Origin: Vicugna vicugna
Lineage: Eukaryota
Assembly: GCA_013265495.1 (NCBI GenBank)
Contig: MU058718.1
Coordinates: forward strand, 2,937,779 to 3,001,778
Reading direction: 5' to 3'
Length of the DNA stretch: 64,000 nt
Below are positions 26,332-40,110 of the stretch, piece after piece. The notes under the pieces are model-generated. The model saw nothing but the letters and a program-made list of their open reading frames with translations, was not told the DNA's origin and searched no databases. Position 1 is the stretch's first letter. Each line of letters begins with the position of its first letter. Position numbers and translations under genes: made by a program.

Positions 26332-29020
26332 GTGACAGAGGCAGTCCTAGGTTGAGGGTTACCAATGCCCACCAAAATGTAGTGAGGAATTAAGTGTGAA
26401 AATAGTACTGCTGCCTTATGCATGGGGCTTCACATTCTAGAGAAGATGGAGGACAGGTTGAAGGGTTTCTTGTACAGAAAAATGGCTAGTTGAAGGGACG
26501 AGACAAGGGGTAGACTCCCTACAGTATAAAACTTCCTCCTGTATGCCATTTCTGTGTTTATACAATGGATCTTCAAGGGCCCAGAGCAGTTTTTCAGCTC
26601 TGATTCCTTGATTACTCTCTGAAAAGCTGTAAGAAAACATTCCTACCCCCAGAGATGGGAGGCATCACCCTCCATTCCCCATGGAGGGAGACAGATGAGA
26701 AAGGAAAGGAAGTAGAACTGGTGACAGACTGGTTACTCTGAGTTATGCCTCAGGCACATTCTGACAGTCTTTATCTGGGGTAGTGTTCTAGGTGAGGTCA
26801 CTTTCAAACACAAATGTTAACTGTGAAACTCTGATCAGTATTTACTGCCATTTAATCAATTTGTGCCTGAGACAGATAATACATATTGAACTAGAACATG
26901 GGGAGGTGTGAACATCCATCTCCCCAAAAACAGGTTTACAGCCTGGCTGATTCTGGCTTTCTTGAGGGAAATCCCATTTATGAAGAAGGTTTATGAAATC
27001 TGTCCATTCTGTTTGAATTTGGTTACCTTGAGTAGGTTGTAAGCACAACAAGGCAAGTCTTTAAGCTTGTTTTTAGTTGCTTTAAAAAAGAATGATGGAA
27101 AAAAGTGCAAATAAGACTTGCTAGCTCTGGAATTTCTCAGGAGATTCACTGAGGCTAAAGGACTCTGTTGGTGGGGCCTCCAAAAGACACACTACCATTT
27201 GCAGTGGTGGAATTTGGGTTATAACACAAGGTCCTGGTATGCTGGTTATATTAACTGGGGGCATAAAGGGGAAAAAGTTATTTGTGAAGACCCACATTAG
27301 ATCCCTGTCTTCCTTTCATCTGTTCCTAGTTAAGAAACAAAATCTACATTCACTCTTATTCAGTTTGGATGTGGAACCCAATCACAACAAAATCTTAAGA
27401 AATTCTTCTATAGGCAAGGCAGTCCTTCCATCTTTCTTTTTCAAGGGTAGCCTAATTCTATTAGCCTAAACAGAATTCTTATGGTCTAGTGCTTTGAAGA
27501 AGGAACAATGATAATTAGACTGTGGAGTGTGAATCAAGGCTTGTGAGATTGTTCTCAAAGGACCTCAGACTCGGACCCTGTTTCGCTCTGACAGGCCTGG
27601 AGGAAAAAGTGCTGGGTGATCGCATTCTTAACTAGGTCTAGCTTCGAAGGTTAAGACTCTCGCTGGGGGGTGGGGTGGGGTGGTGGAGATAGGCTTTCTT
27701 AGACATGTTTTCTTTTAAAATTTGTAACAAAGTATTTGTGATTCACATACGATTAAGACAAACATTCTGTGTCATTTCTTGAGCAGAAAAAAACAGAATC
27801 AGTAAATTAGTGACTTTCTCTTCTGCCAAGAGTTCTATATTGGATAATAGTTTCTGTCACTTTCATCCCAATTTCTTAAAAGATAATGGGGATATATACC
27901 TAATATATGATCATTTTATATACATACTGACTGAATATACAAATGAGTATAAAATATTTTATGATCACATCACTCAGTTTTTCATATTATTTTCACTATC
28001 TGAAATTATTTATGAATATGTTCACTTGTCTGTCAATTGTCTCTTCCTTTAGAATTTAAGCTTCATGTGAGCAAGGACCTAACCTCTATTAACTGCCGTG
28101 GCCCCAACATCTAGAAGTGTCTGATACTTTCTTGAAATGCATGAATCCTATAAATTATGTGTAGGGAGGGTGTGTGTGTTTGTGCGCGAGCACACAGGTA
28201 CCTTGAGAGTGAGGTGGAGAAAAGGGAAAAGGCACTGAGAGAGAAGGGGAGAGGATTAACATGTTTTGAGATGGTTCTTGGACAGGTATCCCAGGTGGTG
28301 ATAAGAAGGGATCAATCCCTTAAGAAGATTTTTGGTTGATTTGAATGGGACAATCATACACCAGCTAGTTCACCTAATGTTTATATTTAAAGTATAAACA
28401 TATGATATAATGATCAATGTTCTATATCTACTGATATTCCTTTATATATATTTTGTTTCTGTTTGAGCCTTCCCCCTCCCTGCCTTTAACTATTCACTCT
28501 ATAGCCTTTTGAGATATTTAGAAGCATCTTGGAGGGATTTTACTAGAGCAGTTAATCAGTTATTTAATTCCTCGCCAATAAAACATTCTGATGAGATACC
28601 CTTGGGCACAGAGTGGTTTGAGTTGAACAAGGGGAAACTTCCTTATCTCTGTACTTCCTTCCATTATTTTTCATATAACTAGCATTTATAATAAAGAATA
28701 TATATGTATTTTTAACTATATTCAAATTCTCGTGAAAGCAAAAACCCAAGAAGAACAGCTATAAAAAGACATTATTAAGCACCTTTTACAAATATTGCCT
28801 GATTTTCACTTAGACTTATTAGGTGATTTTTTTAGATAGTGGTTTCCAAATTTGTAAATATAGCAGAACCATTTAAGAGCTGATGACAGGGCTAGGGATC
28901 TCAAAAAAAAAAAAAAAAAAGCAACAAACTCCCCAAATGATTCTTACACCCTTTTGTGACTATATGGGTAGTTGCTCTGTTAATGCTGATGCTAAAGTAA
29001 GATTTAAATGAAGAGGCCAG

Positions 29021-29538
29021 AGAACCAAAATGTCCATCAACAGATGACTGGATAAAGAAGTTGTAGTATATGTATATAATGGAATACTACTCAGCCATTA
29101 AAAAGAATGAAATAATGCCATTTGCAGCAACATAGATGGACCTAGAGATTAACATACTAAGTGAAGTAAGTCAGAAAGAGACAGACAAATACCGTATCAG
29201 TTATATGTGAAATCTGAAAAAGAAAAAAAATGATACAAGTGAACTTATTTACAAAACAGAAACAGACTCGCAGACATAGAAAACAAACTTATGGTTACCA
29301 GAGGGGAAAGAAGGAGGAGGGTTAAATTAGGAGTTTGGGAATAGCAGAAACAAACTACTATATATAAAATACATAAACAAGGTCCTAAGGCATAGCCCAG
29401 GAAACTATATTCAATGACTTGTAATAACTTATAATGAAAAAGAACATACATATGTATAACTGAATCACTATGCTGCACACAAGAAACTAACACAACATTG
29501 TAAATCAACTATATTTCAATTTTTAAAATTTTAAAAAA
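29021..29538 (+). mobile_element. 5'-truncated L1 3' end with TSD
   Basis: L1 ORF2 end and 3' UTR. TSD taaatgaag(a/g)ggccag at 29005-29020 and 29539-29554. Confidence 0.93.
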
Positions 29539-29812
29539 TAAATGAAGGGGCCAGGTTAGAAATACATTTAAAAAGTTTAATTTGAAAGCACCAAAATACT
29601 TCAGATACTGCTACCCTACCATCCCCTTCCAATGAATAAATATGTGTGTGAGGGGTGGAGATGAGTTAAGACGCGTAGGTAATCTTTTTATAACAGCAAG
29701 GACACTGACATCAGTGCCTCCAAATCAAATTCGGGAAGGGTTGCCTATTTTTATTTTTCTGTGATATGAATGGAGTGAAAAACTGTGATTATTTATTTAG
29801 TCAGTACAAAGC

Positions 29813-30157
29813 TGCTGACCTTAAACAGATTGCCAGTTATTTCTCCAGCAAAAATGGGTTTACTCAGGACCAGCAAAGAATAGCAATTTGGAATCTGCAA
29901 CCATAGCAAGCCACTTGCCTGTCCCACACAACAGAGAAATGGGATCTCTTTTATAAAGGGGCAAAGGAAGTTGGGAGGGTTACAGCAGAGTCCTTTGAAG
30001 GAACCGAGAGTTCAAAGCTTAGTAGCTTTTCATTGGCTGAGCTCTTGCCAAGCAAGAAAAGGACGTCTTTTTTTCTTCCTGTTGGGCTCTGCTATCTTTG
30101 TAGGGCATCTTAGCTTGAGTCTATTTTAATTGAGGTTTCTGTTTATTAATTTTCACA
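29813..30157 (-). mobile_element. ERV1-class solo LTR with 4-bp TSD
   Basis: TG...CA termini and TSD AAGC at 29809-29812 and 30158-30161. The minus strand shows CCAAT, then TATAAA, then AGTAAA in LTR order. Confidence 0.85.
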
Positions 30158-30589
30158 AAGCCATTCAACATAAGATAAAGCAACAGAGCCTGTTAGTCTT
30201 AGTGAATAGCACGAATAACACATCCCCAGAAACATCACAACACAAAGTCCCCAGAAACTTCCACATGTATCTAATAGTGTGTAAGTGAATCAGAGTCTTA
30301 TTTAATATTTTCATACATATGCTAATGGGCTGCTCTGAGAAAATGGAATATAGACTGAACAGAATATATAAATATCCCAGTTTTTACTTCTTCCCACGTC
30401 ATAGCTTTCCTCTTTTAATGCTGCCTAATAAACGTTTATATATTTCATCCTTACTGCAGTGACCCTCTGAGGGCTTTGGATAGATAAGTACAAGGCTGCA
30501 TGGAAAGATACTATTTTGTTCTATGAATGACAAGTGACTTCAAAAGAGTGGTTTGTAGGAATGCAGTGCATTCAAGATAATAACGACAG

Positions 30590-30745
30590 TTGATTTTTTT
30601 TATTGACTACTGTGTCGCAGGTACTGTGCCAAGTGTTTTAAGTTTACTATTTTATTTAATCATAAGTCACCCTATGAGACAGATGCCATCATAAATCCTA
30701 TTTTCCAAATAAGGAAAACAGGGCACAGATAGCATACCCAAATTT
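30590..30745. mobile_element. MIR SINE
   Basis: ttattgactactgtgtcgcaggtactgtgccaagtg...cctattttccaaataaggaaaacagggcacag. Confidence 0.75.
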
Positions 30746-33099
30746 AAATAGCACTTTTTAGTACTGGAGTTTCTAAATAATTTTTTTAAGCAAAGTAGGA
30801 AAAGTCACATGAAAATAATGTCAACACCTACATTTAATAAAATTTTAAAAACCTGACACCTGCAGTGTCCACTTTCTTAGCAGTGTTTGATTTTCAGACA
30901 GCAAGTTTTGGTATCAGAAAACTTCAAGTAGTACCCAAGATCTTGCCCACTCAAAGGGATGCAAACCCAGATTTGTATGAGGGACAGGAAGGACTGGAAA
31001 CAAAATTCTCAGCCCTGTTTCCAGTGGGTAGATCTATTTAAAAATAATTATAAAGAATTATATGAATTTATAAAGAATTATATATCATTTGGCAAGAAGG
31101 CATCAACAGGGCATTGCTTAATAGCACCCCTTCCACTCCAGTAGCTTAAGTCTGCCTGGGTTTTAAATTGATAAACGGAAGGAGGAATGACCAGAGCCCC
31201 CAGGTGAAGTGCCACTCCCTCTGCATTCTATCAGCCACTTAGCTTTTCCCCTTCAAGTTTCCAGTTACTTCATTTGAGCCATGGACACAGCATAAAGGAG
31301 AGAGTTGGACTATTAACGGGACATGTGGGGAACTGATGGCAGTCCCTGGAATCACCTCTGCCTTTAGTCTCTCTGGTTTTGTTTATCATTGCTAGAGCTG
31401 AGTTGTAAAACGTAGCATGTGACAGGAGACTCCTCTGTCAGCTGTGGCTCCCAGAGTGACTGTCAGTCCCAGGAGGAATCCCAACAATGCAGAACCACCC
31501 ACAGCTGGAGGCTCCCAGTCTGAACGGGTGGTAGGGACCCTACTGTTCCCACTGACGTTGAGGACTGGGCACCACGCTATCCTATCTCGCTCAAAACCCA
31601 TGGAAAGAATCTGGCAAACTATCTCTTTCTCAAATCAAAGATTTCCCTATTACTCTTTGCAACCTGGAGAACTCAAAGTCCTTGAGTTTCAAGAAAAGCC
31701 AGCCATTAAAATCCTTTGGGGGATTTGGGGAGAGATGAGTTAAATTGGAGTTAAAAATGGTTTTAGATGGATTTGTGGATTACCTTCATGAAGCTATAAC
31801 GATATGAACTTGTGAATTTTATCTTTATCCTCAGTTTTTGAGATTGTCCCCATTATTTGTCATTCCTACTTAAAAAAAAAATCCCTTTAGCTTTGTGACT
31901 TGATATGCTAATTAACAAGAAAAAAATGTTTTCCTTGTTCTCCACTCCCTTGAAGCTTGTTTTTAGACATAGGGCATTGCAAGTGTGTCTGGTAGGGCAG
32001 AATGTTGTTGCTAACTGTAGTCTTCTGTGCTGATGACATGCCATTTGCTTGATGTCAGTTTTTTCCCCCAGCAACTATTTCTGGCCAGTGGTATCACTCT
32101 TATGTATTATGCTTCCCCCTCCCCAAAATTGCAAAAATGTGTTTCTAAAATAAAGAAATGACACATACATTTAACATCATTCCTATTTACCTACTAAATG
32201 GGGACATGTCAATTATAAAATAAAATCAGTTTTTAAAGGGTTTCGCCTTAATGGTTGTTCTTTCCAATGTTTCTTTTTTCCCTTCAGTAGGAGAACTATT
32301 CATACAAATCAAATTTCCTGCCAGTTATTTTAAAGAAAAAAAGTTTTCTTTTCTAAATGGAAAATACAATTACTGTTTACTTAAAATGCTGAGGAATGTA
32401 AGGAAATAGTTCCAAATGAATCTCGCCTTGTCTTCCCTCCAGTTGCCTCGGTCCTTCCTTTCTCAGCCCTCTTAGAGGGTGGGTCTTGCCTCTCTCCCCT
32501 CAGGTCATTCCTCTCATCGTGCAGAATCAGGACATAGAAACAACCACTCCATGACCCACAGGAAATGAGCACTGTACCTTGTAATAATGAGAGACCTTCC
32601 AGAGGTCACATCCCACATTATGGCCTTTTCCCTCTAGATTTTATCTTCAAATTGGACCCTAAGTATAATAAGCGGCATTTGAACGGCATTGTGCAGCATT
32701 TAAACCACAGGCATTATCCCACTCGCCTCACAAAAACAGGACAGGGACTTCCTGAACCATCATTTTTAACACAAGTCAGCTTTTCACGTGGCAACTTCTC
32801 CAGAGCTGCCCAGAATGGGCCAATAGCACATAGCCAGACAGATAAATAGTCAACCTGAGGCAAATTAATGAATTGACCAATGTGATTTAGTTAGTTGCAG
32901 AGAGAAATAGAGCCCTAGGGTCGGAGTGGGGGCAGGAGCAGTCAGGCAATGATCCCGCCTGCCTTCCTCACTTACTCTACAGATGTGAACGTAAGTAGGT
33001 CAGAGTGAAGGGGTGGGTATATACCAAATGAACTCTTTTATTGTGTTTTTTAGTAGGAAATTTGTTTCCTAGATAAAAGATATTTGGGAAAGACCAATC

Positions 33100-33530
33100 A
33101 TAGCTGCTTTATTAAGTGATGACTACATGACAGGCATTCTCCTAAGTGCTTTGCAAGTTCTTTTTTTTTCATTTAATTCTTATAACTCCCACAAACCTGT
33201 GAAGTAGATAGCATTTCTTTCGTTCTTTTCTTTTCTTTTCTTTTCCTTTCTTTTCTTTTGTAATCACTTAAAGAATATGAGGTAATTGAATCATGGAGAA
33301 GTCCCTTGTCCTAAGATCTTTTTTCCCAGTTTTGTTGAGATGTAACTGACATAGAGCCTTGTATAAGTTTACAGTGTACGGTGTGATGATTTGATACACA
33401 TGTATATTTTGAAATGACTACCACAATAAGGTGAGTTAGCATATCTATTCTTGTCCAAGTTCTAAAGCCAGGATTCAAACCCCAAAAATCTGACTACAGA
33501 GAATATGTTCTTAACAGCTAAATATGCTGC
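33100..33530. mobile_element. MIR interrupted by a (TTTTC)n tract and a short L1 3' end (~33318-33449, minus)
   Basis: MIR head and tail flank ttttgttgagatgtaactgacatag...gtacggtgtgatgatttgatac. Degenerate TSD cttgtcc(t)aag. Confidence 0.7.
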
Positions 33531-36500
33531 CTTGAGATAAAATATTAGTTAAAATATTAAAGGAAATGAGAGCATTTTAAATTGTTTTCCAAATGTACTT
33601 GTTTAAAAATTGAACAATCAAGAGCCTTTATTTACATGCCAATGATTTTGTTCGCCAGTACCTGGGCTCACGTAATTCAGAATGTCTCGGGTTCACACAC
33701 TGGACCATGCCAGAAACTGCTTACTCAGGACTGAAATAGACCTGCACCAAGCACTGCTCAGGAGTCTCTGGGAGAAGAAGACTTGGAAAATACAATTTTA
33801 GAGCTGGAAATAAATTTATAAATGATTTAATCTCACCTTTTCATTTTGTAAATGAGAGCACTGAGGCTGCGAGAGATTATGTGACTTGATCAGGTTACAT
33901 TTAGCTAACTGGTAGCAGAGCCAGGATTCAAGCCCCTTTGTGTCGTCATTGTTCGTTATACTCAGCTGCCTCCAAATCTATGAGAGAGAACTTTCTGCCT
34001 CCTTTTCCAGTGTTTTAGGAAATGTCAAAAGCTAATAGCCGTGTATTTAAATAGATTTATCTAAATTTATTTTTGCCTCTATTATATGCATTGGTAAATG
34101 AAAATGTGTTTGAATTTCCCCAGAGTATTTGAATTTCATGAGTTTTACATTTCCAACAAAGAGGCCAGGCTCAGCAATTTAATTTTCCTGGGCAAAGAGC
34201 TCTGATTAAAGCCTTTACCTTGACAAATAATTGGTTTTGAGAATAGAGGATAGAGATAATGTGGAGATATGACAAGCATTCATTCATTTACTCAAGCTGA
34301 CATGCATCGCCTACCTATTATGTTTTAGGCACTGCGCTAGAGACAAGTCATACAGATATAATTACGACATACTTCTTCTTCTTTAGGAATAATATTTCCA
34401 TTTCTTTCCTATCGGCAAAGGATCTGATATAGTCCTGCTGCTTTTAAATTGGGATGGTGTTTCCCATGGTGTATTAAGAATACTACTTGTGGTATGTCAC
34501 ATGATTTTAGATGGTAACAGATAAGTGTTAAAAAAAAAGTTGTGTGTCTATTTCTATGTATTTTAGAAAAATGAAAGCAGCTCACAAACCTGTATTAAAT
34601 GGCGTTATGACTCAGGACATGCTAATCATGCCAGTGATCTACTTTCTACAGACCATATGCACCACAGCATGACGTTCAGGCACGTTCTGTAAACCTTCTG
34701 CCATAACATTTAGAAAGTATGACAATATGGTTTTTTTGAAAGTAGAAGATGATATGGATGAATAGCATGGACTCTGTGTACTGAATTTCTGTGCTCATCA
34801 CTGTGTTCTTTTAAAAGAGCTATCAAAATGTCACTTTGAAAGGTTGACAATCATTTAGGATGTGAAGTATATAATACATAACTTTATTATGCTAATCACG
34901 TAGAGTAGCCATTCTTTCTAAGGAACTTATTTTCAGGTACACATGTTAGGAATTGATTAGGGTTATTATTTCTGTTGTTGGCTTTACAAATATTCTATTT
35001 GCAAATAGAATATTCCTTATTCATTATATGTTTGTCATTCCCTTCTAATTATGGCAGATGATTATTTACTTTTTCATCTTTAATTCAAGGATGTGCAACC
35101 GTGTTTGTATTACAAGCAGTAAACATCAAAACTAATCAGTAAAAACAAGTCATGTTAAACTTACTTGTTTAATGAGATGGTTGAGCGTTGAGTTAGCATC
35201 AGTAGCCTCAACTACATATCTGGGCAATAGGGTTTCGTCTACATTAAAACTACCTCATACATCTATCACACTGTTTTGTAAGCTCTTTAAAAAAGCTGTG
35301 AAGGACAGGACAAAGTGCAAAGGCTACAACAGGGGAAGCTAATATCTCAATTTTCCAACTAAAAATCCTGATACTACATATGATTTAAAAAAGAGAGAGA
35401 GTAAGAGGAAAAAGGAAATGGTAGCAGACTTTCAGGTTCAATCTCCAGAGAGTTTGAGTTAGTGGATCCGGGACTGATAAATCTGCATTTCAAAAAACTT
35501 TTCCTCATCAAAAAATTCAAGCCTCCAGAAAAATATTGTAAACAAAACCTCCATGTATCCCACTACTTAGATGGAACACTTACTAATATTTTTCCATATT
35601 TGCTCCTGTATTTTTGAAGCATTTTAAAGCAAATCCTAAATGTCATGGTATTTCATACTCAGCACTTGAGTATACGTCCTTGTATACTCAGATACCATCA
35701 CATACCTAACAAAATGAGTAATAATTCCTTAGCCTTCAAACTTTCCACTTCTCCCCCAAATGTCTTCTTACAGTTGGTTTGTTAGAATCGAGGCTCAAAC
35801 TCTGCATGTAGTTATTATACAAGTCAGTTTTTGCTAGTTTGTTTTCAGTTTTGTTTTTTAAATGAAGAATTTTCCCTTCACCATGAAACCAGGGCCTCAA
35901 TCAGGCTGGCTCTCTGGGGTTTTAGAAAATAATCCAGAGTTAGAAAGGGTCATAGCTATCATTCCTCTCTCCATATCTTTCTATGCTCTGTGGTTTACTA
36001 GTCTGGGTCCTTATTGGAGATATCAGACAGAATGTGGATAAAATGCAAAGAGTTGCCTGGGTATGTGAACTTGGGCTAAGACAAGAAACTATACTCCTAA
36101 AGCAACTGCAAATTTTCTGTATCATCTTTTCCCAAAATGTTTTATAAAATTTTCTTGTGATTGAAAGTTCTCCTTTTCAAGCAGGTCAGGAAATCCCTGT
36201 ACAGCATCCCCGTCTTGGAGGCTGATAATGCACATTTAATATATTCAAGTCCTTTTGGTGCTGCACAAATTTCACTCCATGTTCCCCAAATGTACTTGAT
36301 TGTGGAGTTGGGTTTTTTCCCCCCACAGAGCACCTGTTAACATTTTTTTGGATGAAAGTTTGGGAAGGGTATTCATCTATGCCATAACTATTACTGCTTT
36401 TATTAGGTACATCAATAGACATTTGTTCTGGCAAAGCCCCTTGTAATCACTTTTGCTGGTTTTTCCTCACTCAGGGATCCTGTGGTGTAAACTGGTCTTT

Positions 36501-37529
36501 CTATTCCCATTCAAAGATAAGAGCTACTAAGTACAGGATATGAGCTGAGGAACAAGTCACTGCCAGAGTCAGGATTTCCTTTAAAGCCTGAAAATGTGAA
36601 GACTTAATTGGTAAAAATCCAAATAATCCCCAAATCCTAGAGTTTGTGTTGGCTGTTAGAGAAAAAGTAATTTCAGAGACTATTACTCATATTCTCGTCT
36701 CTCATCCCCGGTCCCTCCTACCACATTCCCACCATAAGCATGGACAGCCCCTAACATGATGCTCTAAGGAACAGAAGAACTAAAGGGAGGCAGTACCATT
36801 TCCCTTGAAACAAGGCATCCTAAAGATGGGTTACCACTTTTCCTTTCATGATGACCATATAAACATTTATGGGAAAAACCAGAGTAAGAGACACATAAAA
36901 TCAAATATTCTTAAAGATGGAGATTAAGGAGAACTCCACTGTAGAATCTGTAAGTGTGTTTCTTTGAGACAGTTCCTCCAAGTACTCTGTACGTTCTTCT
37001 AAATGCTCCACTCCATTTACCTACAGCTGTGACCGCCACCACGCGGAGATGCCAGGTGGTGGTGGGTGGCAATGACATCAGTAAAGAGTCCACGTACCCG
37101 AGGGAAACAGAACTCTTACTCAAAAAATGTACCAATTTAATTCTAGAATTCTCAGTTTCTCACCCTGGGTGGTTAAAAACATCTCTGGACTTTCTCTGTG
37201 CTATCTGGGCAAGTGTTCAGAATGAACAATCTTTTCTCAGCTGGGGGAAAATCGACTAAGCAAGAATACCACTCCTCCGCATCCTTTCTGAGGCCTCGAG
37301 TTTGACTCCTAGTCGCCCAGGTTTGAACTCTGTATATGCATGGGAACCAAAGTGTGGGAATAACAGAAATCCTGCACCACAAGATAATTGTTGGCTGTAT
37401 AATTTAGGTATCATAATTGACCACTGTAATTGTCATTGTTATATTTTTCACTCGTTAACATTTACATGAACTTTTTTCTCTTTGTTTCTTACAGTTTGCT
37501 CCCTTTGTTTATTTCTTCTCAGTTGGCAG

Positions 37530-37745
37530 AGTGAAATAAAATTGGCTTGGAAGTAGGTGACCTGGGCTGGAATCCCAGCTGCGCTTACTGTGTGACCTTA
37601 CACAATTTATCTAACCTCTCTGAGCTTTCACTTCTTCACCTGTGAAATGGTGATTATAAATTTATCTCAAGGATTATGAGAATTTCATAATATGAAAAAT
37701 ATGAAAATGCCTCTCCCATATCCTGTACATGGGCAGTTGACAAAT
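37530..37745. mobile_element. MIR SINE
   Basis: gacctgggctggaatcccagct...tgtgtgacctta...taacctctctgagcttt...cacctgtgaaatgg. Confidence 0.8.
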
Positions 37746-38169
37746 GTTGGGCTCTTTGTTTTGTCCTCTTCTTCTCTGCTTGCATTATTTGTCACTCAAT
37801 TCCCATCATTTGGGGAAGAAAATCAAGAATAAATGACCTCCTGGAATTTGCTGTTTGCTTGTTTTCTTTGAAATAACACCAGTGGGCTATGAGGGGCTTA
37901 CCATAAAGGGATGTGCTTCAATTTGCTGAAGAAGAAGAGTTGTATAGGAGAAACAGCTGGTTTATTGGCCAGAAGTAGGAGACGGTGAGCACCAAGCCTC
38001 TACCAGTGCCTGCCCACATCAAGTGCTGGAGTATGTGCATATGTTTAACTTACTGAATAGCTTGGCCAAAACAAGAAAATAGCAAATAAGCATTCCTTTT
38101 CTGCTTGTACAGATGTCAACTGTCTCAAGCTGATAAGTGAATTCTGGTCATTTTAGGATGCTTTGATCC

Positions 38170-38835
38170 TCCTGGATGGGTAAAATTAAAAAGACAAACA
38201 ACAGTAAGTGTTGGCAAGGCTGTGGAGAAACTGGAACCCTCTTGTATTGCTGGTGGGAATGTAAAATATATTTGTTCACTTTGAAAAATTCTTTGGCAGT
38301 TTCTTAAGAAGTGAAACCTACCATCTTATCCAGCAATTTTGCTCTTAGGAATCTACCTAAGAGAAATGAAAACATGTATCACAGACATATATGTGAATGT
38401 TCACAGCAGCATAATTTATAATAGCATAAGACTGGAAACAATTCAGATGTCTATCAGTTGTGTATGGACAATGGAATACTATTCAGCATAAAAAGGAACA
38501 AACTACTGATGTGTGCTACGAACAAGGAGGAAATGCAGAAACATTATGGCAAGTGAAAGAAGCCAGATGCAGAAGACACACTGGCTAATTTCACATACAT
38601 GTCTAACGAAGGAACATCTACAGAGACAGAAAATTGGTGGTCACCTGGTATTGGAGGTAGAAATGGGGATTAATCGAAAACAGGAATGAGATCTTTCTGA
38701 GGATGTTGGAAATGTTCTCAAACTGGATTGTGATGATTACATAACTCAGTGAATTTATTAAAAAGTCATTAAACTGTAGATTTAAAATAGAATTTATGAT
38801 ATGTCAATTAGATTTCAATAAGGCTGATTAAAAAG
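38170..38835 (+). mobile_element. Old L1M 3' end
   Basis: agtgttggcaaggctgtggagaaactggaaccctcttgtattgctggtgggaatgtaaaa...tcaataaggctg. Confidence 0.88.
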
Positions 38836-39899
38836 AATGCCTATTGTTATGCAATCATGAGATGATCTCTTTATCAAAAGTAGCATTCAGAGGCTGTGAA
38901 GAATATGATAATCAGGGTGTATTCCTGGAAATAGGCGCACATCTGTCTTTCGGCTCAAATATTCACTATTCTGTGACTTTGACAGTAAACAACCCCAGTG
39001 CTCCAGCTTTCCAATTGGGTAAGGCATGGAGCCATGAGTGGAGGAGGGAAGTGGGATTGAGTGACGTCAGCCACAGAAGAGAGGGCACGGTGAGCAGAAG
39101 AGCTGACCAGTTACTTCTGTGCACTGATGTCACCAGTGGAGATGGCCACACACACCTGCATGGACTGATCTTCTGCAAACCTGGACCCTAAATGCCCATC
39201 TGCCACGTCCTGTCTTGGCCAGCAGCCTCTTTTTGCCCTTCCCTCTTCCACTCCTGCTTTTTCTTGATTTCCATCCTCCCCTGGGCTGTCTTTCTAGCTC
39301 TTCAGTCATCTGTGCTCCAGGATGTCCCATCTGACTAGACCTTCTGAAGTGTCTTCACCCCTGTACGTAACAGTTCAAACCAAGGAAAACCCTATCTTTC
39401 AATTATTTATTTTTCAGTTATAAAACTTCTTTCTAGGTCTCATTCATAAACATATACCTAAGAAGCTAAGATGATTAATTTGCAGTTTACATTATTGAAG
39501 AAAACGAATGTGGGTGAGAATCTCAAAGAATAGTGAAGATTGACAATCCAGAGCTTGGTAAGTTAATAATTCTCCTTTTTACTTCATCTAATATTTCACA
39601 GGAAAGTTATCAAGAGAGAGGGAGCAATGTTATTGTGCAGATAAATGTGATACTTTCCTAATCCTGATGGTTGTAATTCTGCAGGCATATAAAAAATAAC
39701 CAGAAATGGTGTGAATTTCACACACAAAATATGAGCTAATTTGGCTTTCAGTGCTTATTTAAAGTGGAAGCCTATTTAAAATCTACTTAAAACTGAAAAT
39801 GCCCTCCCAAACCTATCTGCCAGTTGAATAACTTGGATTTTGTACTGTGTGGGTTTTTCTTCTACAAGAAGCTTAGAGTACTTTACAAAGAATAGTTAA

Positions 39900-40110
39900 T
39901 TATTGCATTATTGTGATGTTCCAGGCACCTTATTGAATCTTCACAATGACCCTATGAGATAGGAACAATAATTACCCCAATTTTACAAATGAAGAAAGTT
40001 AGACGTAAAGAGGTTCTCTGCTCAAAGTGAGAGTTAATAAGCAGCAGTTAGGATTCAAGCCCAGGTCTTTATGACTTCAGAGCCAGTGTCTTCAGTCACT
40101 GCACCATGTA
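39900..40110. mobile_element. MIR SINE
   Basis: tcttcacaatgaccctatgagatagg...ccaattttacaaatgaagaaa...ggattcaagcccagg. Confidence 0.75.

Noticed and set aside
31048..31083. Short direct repeats (16-mer with period 20; also the 15-mer at 46976 and 47026) as an array or CRISPR-like structure
   Set aside because: Only two copies each, consistent with ordinary slippage in eukaryotic DNA. No repeat-spacer array anywhere in the window.
39062..39069. Perfect CRE palindrome TGACGTCA
   Set aside because: A single 8-mer with no supporting context, insufficient to call an element.
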